Shown here in pieces: positions 27,467-40,502 of a stretch of 64,000 nt of DNA (position 1 is its first letter; each line of letters opens with the position of its first letter). The translations under genes and the position numbers were made by a program. The notes below the pieces were generated by a model. The model searched no databases. It saw only the letters and a program-made list of their open reading frames with translations, and was not told where the DNA came from. This DNA comes from Octopus sinensis. Lineage: Eukaryota. Location: positions 86,304,001 through 86,368,000 of the forward strand of contig NC_042998.1 in NCBI RefSeq assembly GCF_006345805.1, read 5' to 3'.

Positions 27467-27510
27467 ATACATATACATATACATATATATATATATACAT
27501 ATACATATAT

Positions 27511-27560
<50 letters not shown>

Positions 27561-27580
27561 TATATATATACAGATATACT

Positions 27581-27615
<35 letters not shown>

Positions 27616-27729
27616 ATATATACATATACATATATATATATATATATGTATACATATACATATATATATATACATATATATACATATACATATATATATA
27701 TGTTACATATACTATATATATATACATAT

Positions 27730-27760
<31 letters not shown>

Positions 27761-27924
27761 CATATACATATACATATACATATACACATATACATATATA
27801 TATATATACACATATACATATATATATATATTACACATATACATATATATATATATATACATTACATATACATATACATATATATATATATATGTATATG
27901 TATATATATATATATTATGTATAT

Positions 27925-27959
<35 letters not shown>

Positions 27960-28243
27960 TATGTATATATGTATATGTATATGTATATATATATGTATTG
28001 TGTATATGTATATGTATATGTATATATAGGTATATTATATATGTATATGTATACATATATTATATGTATATGTATATGTATATATATGTATATATATATG
28101 TATATGTATACATATATATATATTATATGTATATGTATATAATATATAATGTATATATATATATATCTATATATATATATATATGTATATGTATTATACT
28201 TTGATACTTTGATAGGTTTCGGCCATTATTGGCCCAGGCCATG

Positions 28244-30396
28244 ATATCAGCAATGATAGTAGAGTTATAGAACCAAACGATAGTGTAGGAATACCGACAA
28301 ATGATAATACTACTTTAGAAGATAACATCAACTGCAATAATGATAACATTATTTTAGATAGCAGCACCAATAATAATAATAATAATGAAAGTAGAGCTTT
28401 AGAACCAAATGAAAATGTAGGAATACCTATAAATGATAATACTGTTTTAGATAATAATATTAACTACAATAATGATAGAGTTTTTTTAGATAATAACAAC
28501 AATCAAAATCATGATAAATTTACCCGCTCTGCTTCGAGCAACAGTAATATAAAACTTCTATCCTCAAGTATTCCACCTCTAATTATAATGCCCCTAGATG
28601 TAACTGCAGAATTAAATCAAAATGCCGGCCCCTGATTTATGCGGGTTAATTAACATAATCTATAAGTGCTCCGTAACCACAGATAATAATAAGTTCTCTT
28701 ATGTTGGATGCACTGTAAATTTTAAACAGAGATTGAATAATCATCTCTCATCTTTTAAATTACGTCATAAGGCTGATAGCACTACTCTTTCTAGTAAAAT
28801 TTGGGAACTAAAAAACATAATATCAAATATAACCTTAATTGGGAATTAGTCAGAAGAGCAAACCCTATAAAAATAGCAGAGTAGGCTGCCAACTTTGCTC
28901 CATGGAAGCATTCGAAATACAATGTATAAAAATAATGGAGAAATTCAATTAAACAGCAGAATTGAACTTGGAAATTCTTGTATACATGCTCGGTTTAAGA
29001 CTCTTAATATTTTAAATGATATTTTAATCATATCTCAATTGATAACTGTATACTGGAATCATTTTACATAAAATTCATTTTGACTTACATATCACTCCTA
29101 CATAGTATATTATATATTTAACTAGAAAGATAAGTTCTAACTAGCTATGATTATAATTTTTCTCTCTCTGATGGTACTATTTAATACTTATTGACTTAAA
29201 TTATTTATTGATTTATTTCTATTGGACCATATTATTAATAGATTAATTTTATCTCCATTTCTTAGTCTATTTTTTATCCCATTACATTTAGTTAGTTAAT
29301 TCTCTTAATTTCTTTTAACTTTTAAAATTAATTTCTGCTAATACCAGACCTATCGTAGTGTATTGTGATGTGATATAATTTATCAAAATAATATAATATA
29401 ATATAGTGTAGTGTATTATAGTTTAGTATAATAATAATATAATTGTTTAATTTCATTTAATATAACTTTATGTATGTATTATAGTTTAGTATAATAATAA
29501 TATAATAGTTTAATTTCATTTAAAAACAACCCCATTTTTCTTTCCTTTCTAATGACCTCTTTGTAACCTGACAATCTATTAATAGTAACATTTATAAATA
29601 AAGAAATAAATTTGTTGACCTCAGTTCGAATTTGTTCCAAACAAACTTAGACTTTTTGTTAGTATCAATTGTGCCCATCCCCTTAGCTTCCCCTTTCCTT
29701 TCTCTTTGACAGCTTAAATAGCAGTAACTGATTAAATTCCTACCCCCTTCCTCCTCTTTCTGTGATTCTTGTATATTTCATTAACTACCTGAACCACTAC
29801 AATAAGGCTGTCATTTTTTGCTTCTCATTCGGACTCCCTGATATTTTCGCATGATTGTACCCTAAATCCCTCCACAAAACTGGATTACGAACTATAAGGA
29901 TACACAAATTTTGTAAGTTCAAGACTTTTCATCAGATCTCCAAAAATCGAACTTATCTGCGATTCTTGTTAATTTCAATAACAATCTGTTCCTCCACACG
30001 ACATGACAGTCACTATCTTTTTACTCAGACTTTCCTCTACATGATGTGGCAGTCACTTGCGCCTCTTACTCGGATTTTCAGAAATTTTGCATGACTGTAT
30101 CCGAAAATTTCTTCATACAACTTGATCAAATATTCAATATGAGCTATATGTAGACATGCATAAATTCTATAGGTTTAAAACCTTTCATCAGATCTCCATG
30201 AATCGAACTTTCTTCAATGCAGTTAATCCTACAACCCTTTTGTATCTACCCCTTTTGATGTTTGGGAATTCTCTGATATTTTTTCGCTGACGAGTACGAG
30301 CCATCTGTATTCACTGCATTTTTGTAGCTTATTAAAGATGTCCTCGTACGAAACGATCGTACCGAGATTTTAATCCATTCTTGTTGCTTTTTTCCC

Positions 30397-30397
<1 letters not shown>
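28244..30397 (+). mobile_element. Penelope-like element 3' part: GIY-YIG endonuclease remnant, AT-rich UTR and pLTR with hammerhead
   Basis: IIYKCSV..SYVGCTVNFKQRLNNHLSSF..STTLSSKIWELK (ORF 28622-28849), then KPYKN..CQLC in a shifted frame. The terminal about 870 bp is homologous to 8983-9858. Confidence 0.85.
30284..30366 (+). ncRNA. Type I hammerhead motif, same family as 10054-10141, with one G missing from stem I
   Basis: CUGACGA 30287-93; GUACGAG/CUCGUAC; GAAA 30350-53; CGAUCG-UA; CCGAG. Confidence 0.75.
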
Positions 30398-30430
<33 letters not shown>

Positions 30431-30492
30431 ATACATATACATATATATACATATACATATACATACATATACATACATATACATATACATAT

Positions 30493-30527
<35 letters not shown>

Positions 30528-30621
30528 TATATATATACATATACATATATATCTATCTATACATATACATAATATACATATACCTATACATATATATACA
30601 TATACATATATATACATATAC

Positions 30622-30669
<48 letters not shown>

Positions 30670-30789
30670 TTATCTAGTTTTCAGCTCACTAGCTGTGGTC
30701 ATGCTGGGGCACCACCATTAATATATATATATAGATATATACATATACACACATAATATATAATTATATATACATATACACACACACAC

Positions 30790-30820
<31 letters not shown>

Positions 30821-30920
30821 TACATATAGTTTTAATCCAAACATGAAAACACAAAGAGAGAACACAACGCGAGGACGTTGAACATGTATAGTATTATTGG
30901 ACGCTTAGGAAAGAAGGAGA

Positions 30921-30956
30921 CACTAACCCTAACCCTAACCCCTAACACTAACCCTA
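30921..30956 (-). repeat. Short interstitial telomeric-type (TTAGGG)n tract, imperfect, about 6 units
   Basis: Plus strand reads cactaaccctaaccctaacccctaacactaacccta. Confidence 0.85.
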
Positions 30957-32687
30957 GGGATCCTGTTTTTTGTGTGCTGGCCCTGCACACTGGGACATAT
31001 TTGTCACATATGGCTTGTATTATGGACATGAAACGTTTGTATTTCATGTCAATGTCTGGTGTGGAAAGACATTTAGGCCAATCCTGTTTGAGGATCTCTT
31101 TCTCAATCAACTTCCAATTTGCTTTATGAAAGGTTAGTTTGGAGAGATTGTGGATGCTTCGTATAGGCTGTGTCGCTAGGGGGGGGGATGCTTTTGGTCC
31201 ATACATAGACAGCTCTATTATGTTGTGATCTGAGACCATTGTCAACATCACTTTAACATAATGGATAATATCCATATTATTTGTGAAGCAGAGATCCAGT
31301 ATATTATTTGCCCTGGTCGGTTGCAGCACTATTTGCTCCATGAAAGAGGCATTTGTGAGATGGAGCAGGGACTCTGCCTGTGCATGCTGATGGTGTGTCA
31401 TCCCTGGGAGCATCTTCCCCCCAGGCCTTTCCTCATTGGGGAAGTTAAAGTCACCCATGAAGAATACACTGTTGTGTTGTTCCAGTTTGGTGAGAACTTC
31501 TATTTTTGTTAGGCAGTCTTTAAACATGCCTGTGTGATTTGGGGCATCCGGTCGGTGATATGTAGTACATATGACGATATTCAGTTGCCCTATGTGTACA
31601 ATTTGAGTGTCACACACTGAGTTTGAATATGACAACAGGACCTGGGACATGAGATCATCTCGGATGTACACTGCAACTCCATGACTCCTCTCTTTTCTAT
31701 CTGAGCGTATGACAACATATTGCGGTATGTTTATTTCTGCATCCCCTATATCAGGTCCAAGATATGTTTCTATGAGTGCCATGCATAGGGCTTGATTGCA
31801 TGCTGCAAGGTCTCTCAGGAATGAGATTTTCCTTTTACAGCTGCTGCCCTCCTACGTTCAGTAGAAATATTTTTGTGGTGTGTGTGTTGGTGTTTGTGGT
31901 GGCCATCCTGCATCTGTTGGTGGTGGCCTTATGTGGTAGTAGTTCCAGCTTTGTGTCTGTAGCCAGGGCAGCTGCTGGACAATTTTTTGTGCTATGCACA
32001 AAAAAGATTACTGTTCAGCTGCTGCCCTTCTCACATCTGGGTGAATCTGGCCATTTGTTTGGGCTATGCAAGTATCCTTTTTGGACTGCACACTACATCC
32101 GCATGTCGTCTGTTCAGGAGTAGTCAGTGCCCCGTTTTTCTTCTTTGATATTTTTTTTTCTTTTTGTCCTCCTCATGGGAGGGATTTTTGTCCTTGGGTT
32201 CATGCAGTTTTAGCAGGGCTTCTAATGTGCAAAACGACATTTGCACCATCATCGCCAAGCCAAGCAGTCTCCTTTCAGATAGAATTTGCAGATGCTCCTG
32301 CTTTTGCCCTTGTAGCTCTTGCTGGGCTCTTCTGTTTTTTCTGATAGTTTTTGTTGTTTTGTTTTCTTTTCTTTTACCTCTTGCTTTCCGTCGATTTTAG
32401 GTGCTTTCCTTTTTTTTTGGCCATCACACCTCTTTGGTCTTAAGTTGTGTTTCCCATGGTTGCAGGTCCTCATTGTGTCTTTTGTTGGGCCCCGGATGCT
32501 TTCCTCCATCCTTTTTGTCATCCCTGGTGCAGTCACCTCCAGATGATGTCCAGTGTGTCCATGTTTCCCTAATTAGAGCATATGAACAGATGGAATTCGC
32601 ATTTCTCTTGCTCTATCTGGGCGGTGGTCCTGAGAAATCATTGCTTTTAAGTGCCGTTGCAATGATATTGTTTGGGGAGTCACCTTA
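30957..32687 (-). mobile_element. CR1-like LINE 5' part (ORF1 with CCCH-like finger and AP endonuclease), truncated before the RT
   Basis: ICKFYLKGDC in ORF1. ORF 30832-31782 has ETYL..IRSDR..VAVY..MGDFNFP..LDLCFTNN..SDHN (APE motifs). Homologous to 34905-36300. Confidence 0.88.
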
Positions 32688-32921
32688 TCTCTTATGATAA
32701 AAGCAATTTTCTCTGCCTGTTTACCATCTTCGTTTTTAATACAATTCTACAATATAGAATTTCTTCATTGGGAATTTACCTATGATCTTTCGAAGTAGAT
32801 TCGATTGGGTCAATGGCATAAAAGATTTTTTTCAATTTGACCCCTAATTAAGCAAAATTCGGAAAAGTAAATAGTTTACGATTTTGGCCTCTCTCATTTC
32901 AATGCTTTACTCATGCTATTA
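32688..32921 (+). mobile_element. Helitron-like 5' end running into the assembly gap
   Basis: A|TCtcttatgataaaagc..ctctgcct, similar to the 5' end at 40503. Confidence 0.6.
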
Positions 32922-33021
32922 NNNNNNNNNNNNNNNNNNNNNNNNNNNNNNNNNNNNNNNNNNNNNNNNNNNNNNNNNNNNNNNNNNNNNNNNNNNNNNN
33001 NNNNNNNNNNNNNNNNNNNNN
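32922..33021. other. Assembly gap (100 N)
   Basis: Run of n characters. Confidence 1.
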
Positions 33022-36000
33022 GAAGCCAAGGCTATCACAGTATCTTGTCCTACATCTTGATGGCAAATTTGGAGTCCTTGGCACAATGCAGTAGCGCCCA
33101 GTTCTGGCTTTGTTTAACTCTCGATGCCAAAGTTTGGGACAGTCCTTCTGGATCTTCCAGATGTATATTATGGCATATCTTTCTCGCCTAACTCTAAGAA
33201 TAGAGTCTCAATCTCTTGAGTCTTTCCCAATAGCTTATATGCTGCACAGAGGCTATCTTTTCGTGTAGCTTCGTTGGATCGCCTCAAGTTCTGTGATTAA
33301 CTTGACACTGGATGGTGACCATAGCTGAGAGCAATAGTCAAAGTGGTTAGGACAAGAGTCCTCCAAAGGACCATCATGGTTTCCGGTCTCTTGTTCTGAG
33401 GTTCTAAGAATCCATCTGGTCAGCCGCCTACATTTCATTGCCAATTTAGCAACAGACATGACGGTTGCATCATACTCATGGTAAATGCCAGGTCTCACAC
33501 TGATTGTGCCTCTGGAATTGCAATCCCTCCAGTCCAGTGTATGTATTAGGTATTGCATTTAGTTTTGCATGCTGATAGCATAGAGCTTGAAACTTTTCAG
33601 CATTGAACTGCATGCTATTCTTTTCAGCCCACTTGTATATTTTGTCCAGCTCACATTGCAGGTGCTTAATGTCTTCAGGGTTCTGTATTGCCTGTGAAAC
33701 TTTTGTATCATCTGCATAACTTGTGATTGTGTCTCTCTGCGTGGCTGAGGGCATGTCTGAGAGCGCCATTATGAACAGTAGTGGTCCCAAAACAGTGCCT
33801 TGCGGAACACCGCTCACTATTTGCGTGTTAATGGAAGTGGCCCCATTGGCTACTACCACCTGACTTTTATCCTTCAGAAAGTCATGAAGCCATTCCCCCA
33901 ATTTTCCAACTATGCCAAGATCACACAGTTTGTGACATAGCATTCCATGATCGACTTTATCAAAGGCCTTTGCAAAGTCGAGATATATGACTTCCACATT
34001 TGAGTGGTTGAGCAGTCGTTCAGCACCCAGTCATAGGTTGTAGGAGCTGAGTTAAGCAGCTTCTTCCTGGTCGGAAACCATGTTGGGTGTCCGGCAGCAA
34101 GTTATTTTCTTCAAGGAAGGTGATTAGATTCCTTCTGACTATTCGTTCCATGACCTTGCTGATGTGTGAGATCAGAGTGATAGGTCTGTAGTTCTTGGCC
34201 TCTGCTCTGTTACCTCTTTTATGAATAGGGCATATTTTATCTTCCTTCGGTTTTCTTGGAAGTTTGCCAGTTGCAAGGAAGCTCTGAAAGAGGAACTGCA
34301 ATGGTCTTACTAGGAATCTCTTACATACTTTTAGAAGGATTGCTGGGAATCCATCTGGGCCAGTAGCTGAGTTTGTTTTCATTTCATCAATAGCCTATAT
34401 TACATCGTCTTCCTTTATATTGATGTAATCAATCATCGCTGCCTCCAATTTTATATCTGCAGTGGTAAAGAAGTCAGTTGGATTGCTGACTTGAAAATGC
34501 CCTAGGGGTGGTGTGAAAATACTCTTGAATTGCTCATTTAGTATTTCACTTACCCTCATTGGATTTCCTGTGAGTGTGCCATCCTTTTCAGGAGTGGCCC
34601 TATCCTACAGTGCACCGTAGCTGTTTCTTTGGCATACCTGTAGAAAGCTCTGGGGTTAGATTTTATGTGTCTATAGCCCAGGCTTCTTTGTCTGCTCTTT
34701 CTTTTTCATGGGAGAGTTGCAGACATTTTTCAATTTCCAACAGTTTTATTTTCAGGCGGGACTTTTCACTGCTTTCAATTTGTTTGTTTAGGCGATTTGA
34801 AACTTTTGTACGCCGTCTCATTAGAATTTTCCTCTCTCTGGGGATTTTGCTCTTGTGTACAGTGGCCTTTCTCTCTGGGACACATCTGTAGCATATGGCT
34901 TGCATTACAGACTGAATTGTTGAAGTTTCATGTCGATGTCTGGCGAGGAGAGACATTCAGGACAGTTTTGTTTGAGGATCTCTTTCTCAATTTGTTTCCA
35001 GTTTGCCTTATGGAAGTTCAAGCTGGAAAGATTCTGAGAGTTTCTTGTAGGCTGCATGTCCATGCTTTCCTTTGGCCCGTACATGGTCAGCTCTACCATG
35101 TTGTGATCCGAGAGTAGTGTCGGTGTCACTTTCACATTATGGATAAGATCCATATTATTTGTGAAGCAGAGATCCAGTATGTTACCTGCCCTGGTTGGTT
35201 GGAGTATTACTTGCTCCATGTACAGAGTGTTGATGAGGTTCAGGAGGGACCTCGCCTGTCCTCGTTCACATCGTGTCATTCCTGGGAGAGAAAGGCCCTC
35301 GGGCCATCTGACATTGGGTAGATTGAAGTACACTCCCATAAGAAGTACACTTATGTGTTGTTCTAATGTGACTAGAACTTCTAATTTTATAAGGCAGTCT
35401 TCAAACTTGCCTACATAGCTTGGGGCATCTGGAGGGCGATATGTAGCACATATAACTACACCAAGTTGCCTTATATGTACAATTAGTGTGTCACACACCG
35501 AGTTTGAGTATGACAAAAGGACCTGGGGTGTGAGGCCCTCACGGATGTACATAGCAACTCCTCCATGGCTCCTTTCTTTTCTGTCAGTCCGTAGTATAAC
35601 ATACTGTGGTATATGTATTTCCGCATCTGCTATGTCCGGTTTCAGGTGTGTTTCTGTAAGTGCTATGCATAAGGCTTGATTGCATGCAACAAAGTCTCTT
35701 AAGAACGGGATTTTTGTCCTGTTACTGAGTGTTAGCAGTTCTCTGATATTCAGTAGGAGCATCGAGGTGAGGTGTATGCTGTTGCCGGCGGTGTCCACCT
35801 TGGGTCTATTTGCTGTGGCGGTCTTGTGTATTGTGGATAGTCCTATCTGCGAGTTTGAGTTTGATGGAGCCAGGTTAGCTGCTGTACAATCTTTTGTGCC
35901 ATGCACAAAAAAGATTCTTGTTCAGCAGCTGCCCTTTCAATAACATGTCGGCGGTTTGTAGCACGCACCACATCTGCGTACCTCCGTTTTGGGACAGGTG

Positions 36001-36300
36001 GTGCATGGTCCATTCCTTTTCCTTTTGGTAGTTGGTTTCTGACCTGTTTCGTGCTTATGTGGTAGGGTCTTTGATGTGCAAAACGGCAGCCTGCACCTTC
36101 CTCTCCATGCCAGCAGACACCTTTCAGGTAGAATTTACACATTTGTGTGCGCTGTCTGTTTCTATCCTTTTTGGTACATGGATAGTCAGGTTTGCTTCTA
36201 TCCTTGGCTGTTTCATTTTTTGGTTTTGTTTGAGTTTTAGTTTTTCCTTCTTTGGCTGTTTCATCCTATGTTTTTCCTCCTTTTATTTCTTTTTTGGCTC
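33022..36300 (-). mobile_element. Decayed CR1-like LINE (CCCH-finger ORF1, APE, RT)
   Basis: CKFYLKGVCWHGEEGAGCRFAH; APE in ORF 34905-35906; RT motifs NYRPITL, QHGFRPGRSC, YLDFAKAFDKVDH, SGVPQGTVLGP and YADDTK, split across frames. Confidence 0.93.
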
Positions 36301-36315
36301 TTTCATCTCCATTTA

Positions 36316-36361
<46 letters not shown>

Positions 36362-36935
36362 GTATGTATATATGTATATATATATAATGTATGTATATAT
36401 GTAATATGTATATATGTAATATGTATATATATATATATATCATCATCATCATCATCATCGTTTAACGTCCGTTTTCCGCGCTAGCACGGGTTGGACGGTT
36501 TCGACCGGGGTCTGGGGAGCTCGGGACTGCCCCAGGCTCCAGTCTAGTCTGGCAGTGTTTCTACAGCTGGATGCCCTTCCTAACGCCAACCACTCCGCGA
36601 GTGTAGTGGGTGTTTTTTACGTGCCACCTGCACAGGTGCCAGAGGGGTCTGGCATTGGCCACGTTCGGATGGTGCTTTTTATGTGGGGGGGTGCAGAAAT
36701 ATAGGGAAGCACCAGTGGGGAGGGGTGGTTCAGAGAAATGATGACAGGTTCTAGGCAAGTAGAACGTAGGATATCGAGAGAGGGGTAATGCATGGTGAAA
36801 TAGCGTATTGAAGAGGGGGGGGGGTTCGAAGAGTAGACACCTATAATGGTGGTGGGAGAAGCGACATCCGGTATAGATGGAGCAAAAATATAGATATCCA
36901 GTATTGGTGGTGGGGGTGGGTAGGGCGGGTGCACC

Positions 36936-37416
36936 GCGAAGATACGAATGTTGATTATACGAGGAGAAATGATATGAAATGAATAAGATTAGATAAGATA
37001 GACAGATAGAGAAATTTGATAAAATTATGAATGGTCAAAGATAGACAGAGAAATTTGATAAAATTATGAATGGTCAGTAAAGAGTTGAAAATAGCAATTC
37101 AAAACACCTATCTTGTTCGCAATCGGAAATTCACAGCTTGTAGATGAGAGAGAGAGAGAGAGAGATAGTACATGTGAATTAGAGATAAAAGGCTTCAAGA
37201 TGGCGCGAAGATACGAATGTTGATTAATACGAGGAGAAATGATATGAAATGAATAAGATTAGATAAGATAGACAGATAGAGAAATTTGATAAAATTATGA
37301 ATGGTCAAAGATAGACAGAGAAATTTGATAAAATTATGAATGGTCAGTAAAGAGTTGAAAATAGCAATTCAAAACACCTATCTTGTTCGCAATCGGAAAT
37401 TCACAGCTTGTAGATG
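36936..37416. repeat. Near-identical 211-bp direct repeat pair with a (GA)n spacer
   Basis: 36936-37146 versus 37205-37416, with a 1-nt indel seen. Confidence 0.9.
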
Positions 37417-37959
37417 GATGATGATAATCATTTATAGCTATCCCATCATATAAAGACAAGGAGACACAAACACACACACACATAATTAAATGCATATATG
37501 ATGATGATGATAGATTCCAGTCATTAGACAATGTATGAGGGTTCAACAATTTCTTACCAAACAACACACAGATAATTTGTTTATAGTGAAGGCCGATGCC
37601 AGCGCCGCCTTGACTGGTGTCCGTGCTAGTGGCACATAAAAAGTACCAACCATTGTGGATGTTGCCAGCCTCCTCTGGCCCCTGTGCTGGTGGCACGTAA
37701 AAAGCACCCACTACACTCATGGAGTGGTTGATGCTAGAAAGGGCATCCAGCTGTAGAAAAATTGCCAGATCAGATTGGAGCCTGGTGCATCTGCTGGCTC
37801 TCGAGACCTCAGTCAAACAGTTCAACCCATGCCAGCATGGAAAACAGACGTTAAACGATGATGATGATGATGATGATGATAATCAAATGTTTGTGTAGAC
37901 ATACACTCACTCCCTCCATCAAATCAACATTACATGTATAGGTGCAACAGGTGCCATAT

Positions 37960-38095
37960 ATCAGATGACGAAATGATCACAGAGCAACATGAAATGAAGT
38001 GCTTTGCTCAAGAACAAAACACAACACCCGGTCTGGGAATTGAACCCATGATCTTGCAATTGTGAGTGCAACACCTTACCACTGAGCCACACACA
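37960..38095 (-). mobile_element. tRNA-derived SINE head
   Basis: Minus strand has an A-box-like tggctcagtgg and a B-box-like ggttcaattcc. Confidence 0.65.
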
Positions 38096-38773
38096 TCTGT
38101 ACACATTAACTATATACTTATATATACCCAGTACGCTCTGTAAAGTAATTGGTGTTAGGAAGGGCATCCGCCGTAGAAACCACGACGGAACGGACAATGG
38201 AGCTTGGTGCAGCCCTACCAGTTCCTGTCAAACTATCCAATCCATGCCAGCATGGAAAACAGATGATAAACGTTGACAATAATATATACATCATCATTAT
38301 CATTTAGCATCCCCTTCCATACTGGCATGGGTTGGACGGCTGACCAGGGCTGGTAAGCTGGAGAGCTGCACCAAGTTCCAGTCAGATTGGGCATGGCTTC
38401 CACGGCTGGACGCTCCTCCCATGCCAACCACTCCAAGAGTGTAATGGTTGCTTTTTATATAACACTGGCATCTGCCACAACTATGATTTCACTTGGCTTG
38501 ATTAGTCTTCTTCTGAAGCATGGCATAGTGCCAAGGTTTCAGGATACATATAATATGTGTGTGCATGTGTGAAGTGTGTAAAGTGTGTGTATATATATAG
38601 AGAGCTTCAGATAACAATCATGCAATTTCATATTGATTACACTAGTTAGAGGTTTTTGTTTGAGTATATAATTTTTACCTTGTATGTTCCAGGTGGAGCA
38701 TTCATAATTCTTGTTTTCATGACATCTAGAGGCATAGTGAGAGAGTTGCAATTGTACCTGCCATATGTATGTA

Positions 38774-38804
<31 letters not shown>

Positions 38805-38985
38805 GTATGTATGTTATATATATATATACATATATATATGTATGTATGTATGTATGTATATATGTATATATATATATGATGTATGTATGTATGTATATAT
38901 GTATATATATATATGATGTATGTATGTATGTATATATATATATATATGTATGTATTATGTATGTATATATGATGTATGTATGTAT

Positions 38986-39049
<64 letters not shown>

Positions 39050-39647
39050 ACAGGCTACTTTCAGTTTCTGACTACCAAATCCACTCACAGCCATGTATAT
39101 CTTTCTTTGCAGTAAGGAAAATTTCAACATGTTTTTCATGCTCATGCTGAGTGAGAGATGGCTAATTTGCTAGCTGACTCCATCACTTATTAATACTGTT
39201 CTTTAAAGCTCCCTGCATTAAATACATTATCACTAACTTAACTACTTTGTTTTCCCAGTGATTAACATCTCTAAATTATTTATTCTGTAACAGATTTTTA
39301 TTTTTAAATGCTAACCACAGGGCCAACCATTGTGCAATTGTCTTATTGATTCTTTAATTGCTACTTCAACAAGTACATTTAGGCTTGCTTTGCTGATGAG
39401 ATTAGAATAGCCCCACATGATAGTTATATACAATTCTACATTGATCTCATTGGTTTGGGAGAGAAGTTAAAAATTATGGATACTGGCCTGCTTTCCTAGA
39501 ACATAATACATAAAAAAAAGTTTCTAAGCCAATGTAAGCTAAAAATCATATCCACAGATACAGGACATCTCAAAGGTCAACTTTGCAGCCAAAAGGTTGA
39601 CATTGCATCCATTCCAAACCAAAGACAGAGACATTAAAACAACTTAC

Positions 39648-39688
39648 CATATACAGTGGTTTTAGCTGCTCTTAATTTCCTGGAATAT
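39648..39688 (-). CDS. Cadherin-related gene exon (juxtamembrane cytoplasmic)
   Basis: Acceptor tattctatttttcttcag, donor g|gtaagt. 41 nt, phase 2 to 1. YSRKLRAAKTTVY, similar to the YxRKLxAxK juxtamembrane motif of CDHR2/Cad87A-type cadherins. Confidence 0.9.
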
Positions 39689-40502
39689 CTGAAGAAAAAT
39701 AGAATAAGCAGTGTACAGACAAACAAATATATCATTGAAATCATTTCAATACATCTATATGACTTCATTTTAACAAATACAAGAGTTTATTCAAATAAAT
39801 GAATAGAAACCAATAAGAAGAATGCTGTTAGAATGGATTGACTGCATCACCACTCTAGGTTATGTGTGGGGGGACTAACTACTGTGCGTGTGTGTATGTC
39901 TGTATGTTTTAGGCCAAGGTTAAATAACCATAGGTCCTCTTTTAGGATCATAGGGAGGTGCAATGTTATAGTATTACCCAGCAACATATGGAGATTAAAA
40001 GAAGAGACAACACCATACAAAATTAACTGGAAGCTGCTTGAAGAATCTGGGCTATATCTCAATGGAAGCAGATGCTGCACTCTTTCCTTGGCAGAGAGGA
40101 CAATGACTGCAAATAATTTGCATGATCCAGATGCCTTCTTGAATTCAAATAGTAATGTTTTAGCTGATGCCCTTATGCCAGAAAATTTGCTTTGGAAATG
40201 TGGTCTTCTGTATTTGTAGATTAGAGAACAGAATTTGCATACACAATCTGACCCATTTCAGCTACAGCTGAAATTGTTCAAGGGGAGATAACTCTTCTTT
40301 TCTTCTCAAAGGGTTTCTTATTTCAGTTTTTTCCACCACCAAACTAACCAAGACTCTATACCTGCTTCCACTGGTAAAGAATCTATGTGCCTCCAGCCAG
40401 TAGGTCAGATGAGTTTCCTATATTGCTAAGTGCATTAGTAAATGTGAAGCCAATGGTAACTTTCTGACTGGTTATATGCCATAACCAAGGATATACTACT
40501 CA

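Noticed and set aside
38679-38725. 47-nt candidate exon ([16 protein letters not shown])
   Set aside because: It is phase 1 to 0, incompatible with both the 19921 and 15428 exons. The PGT resemblance is probably chance.
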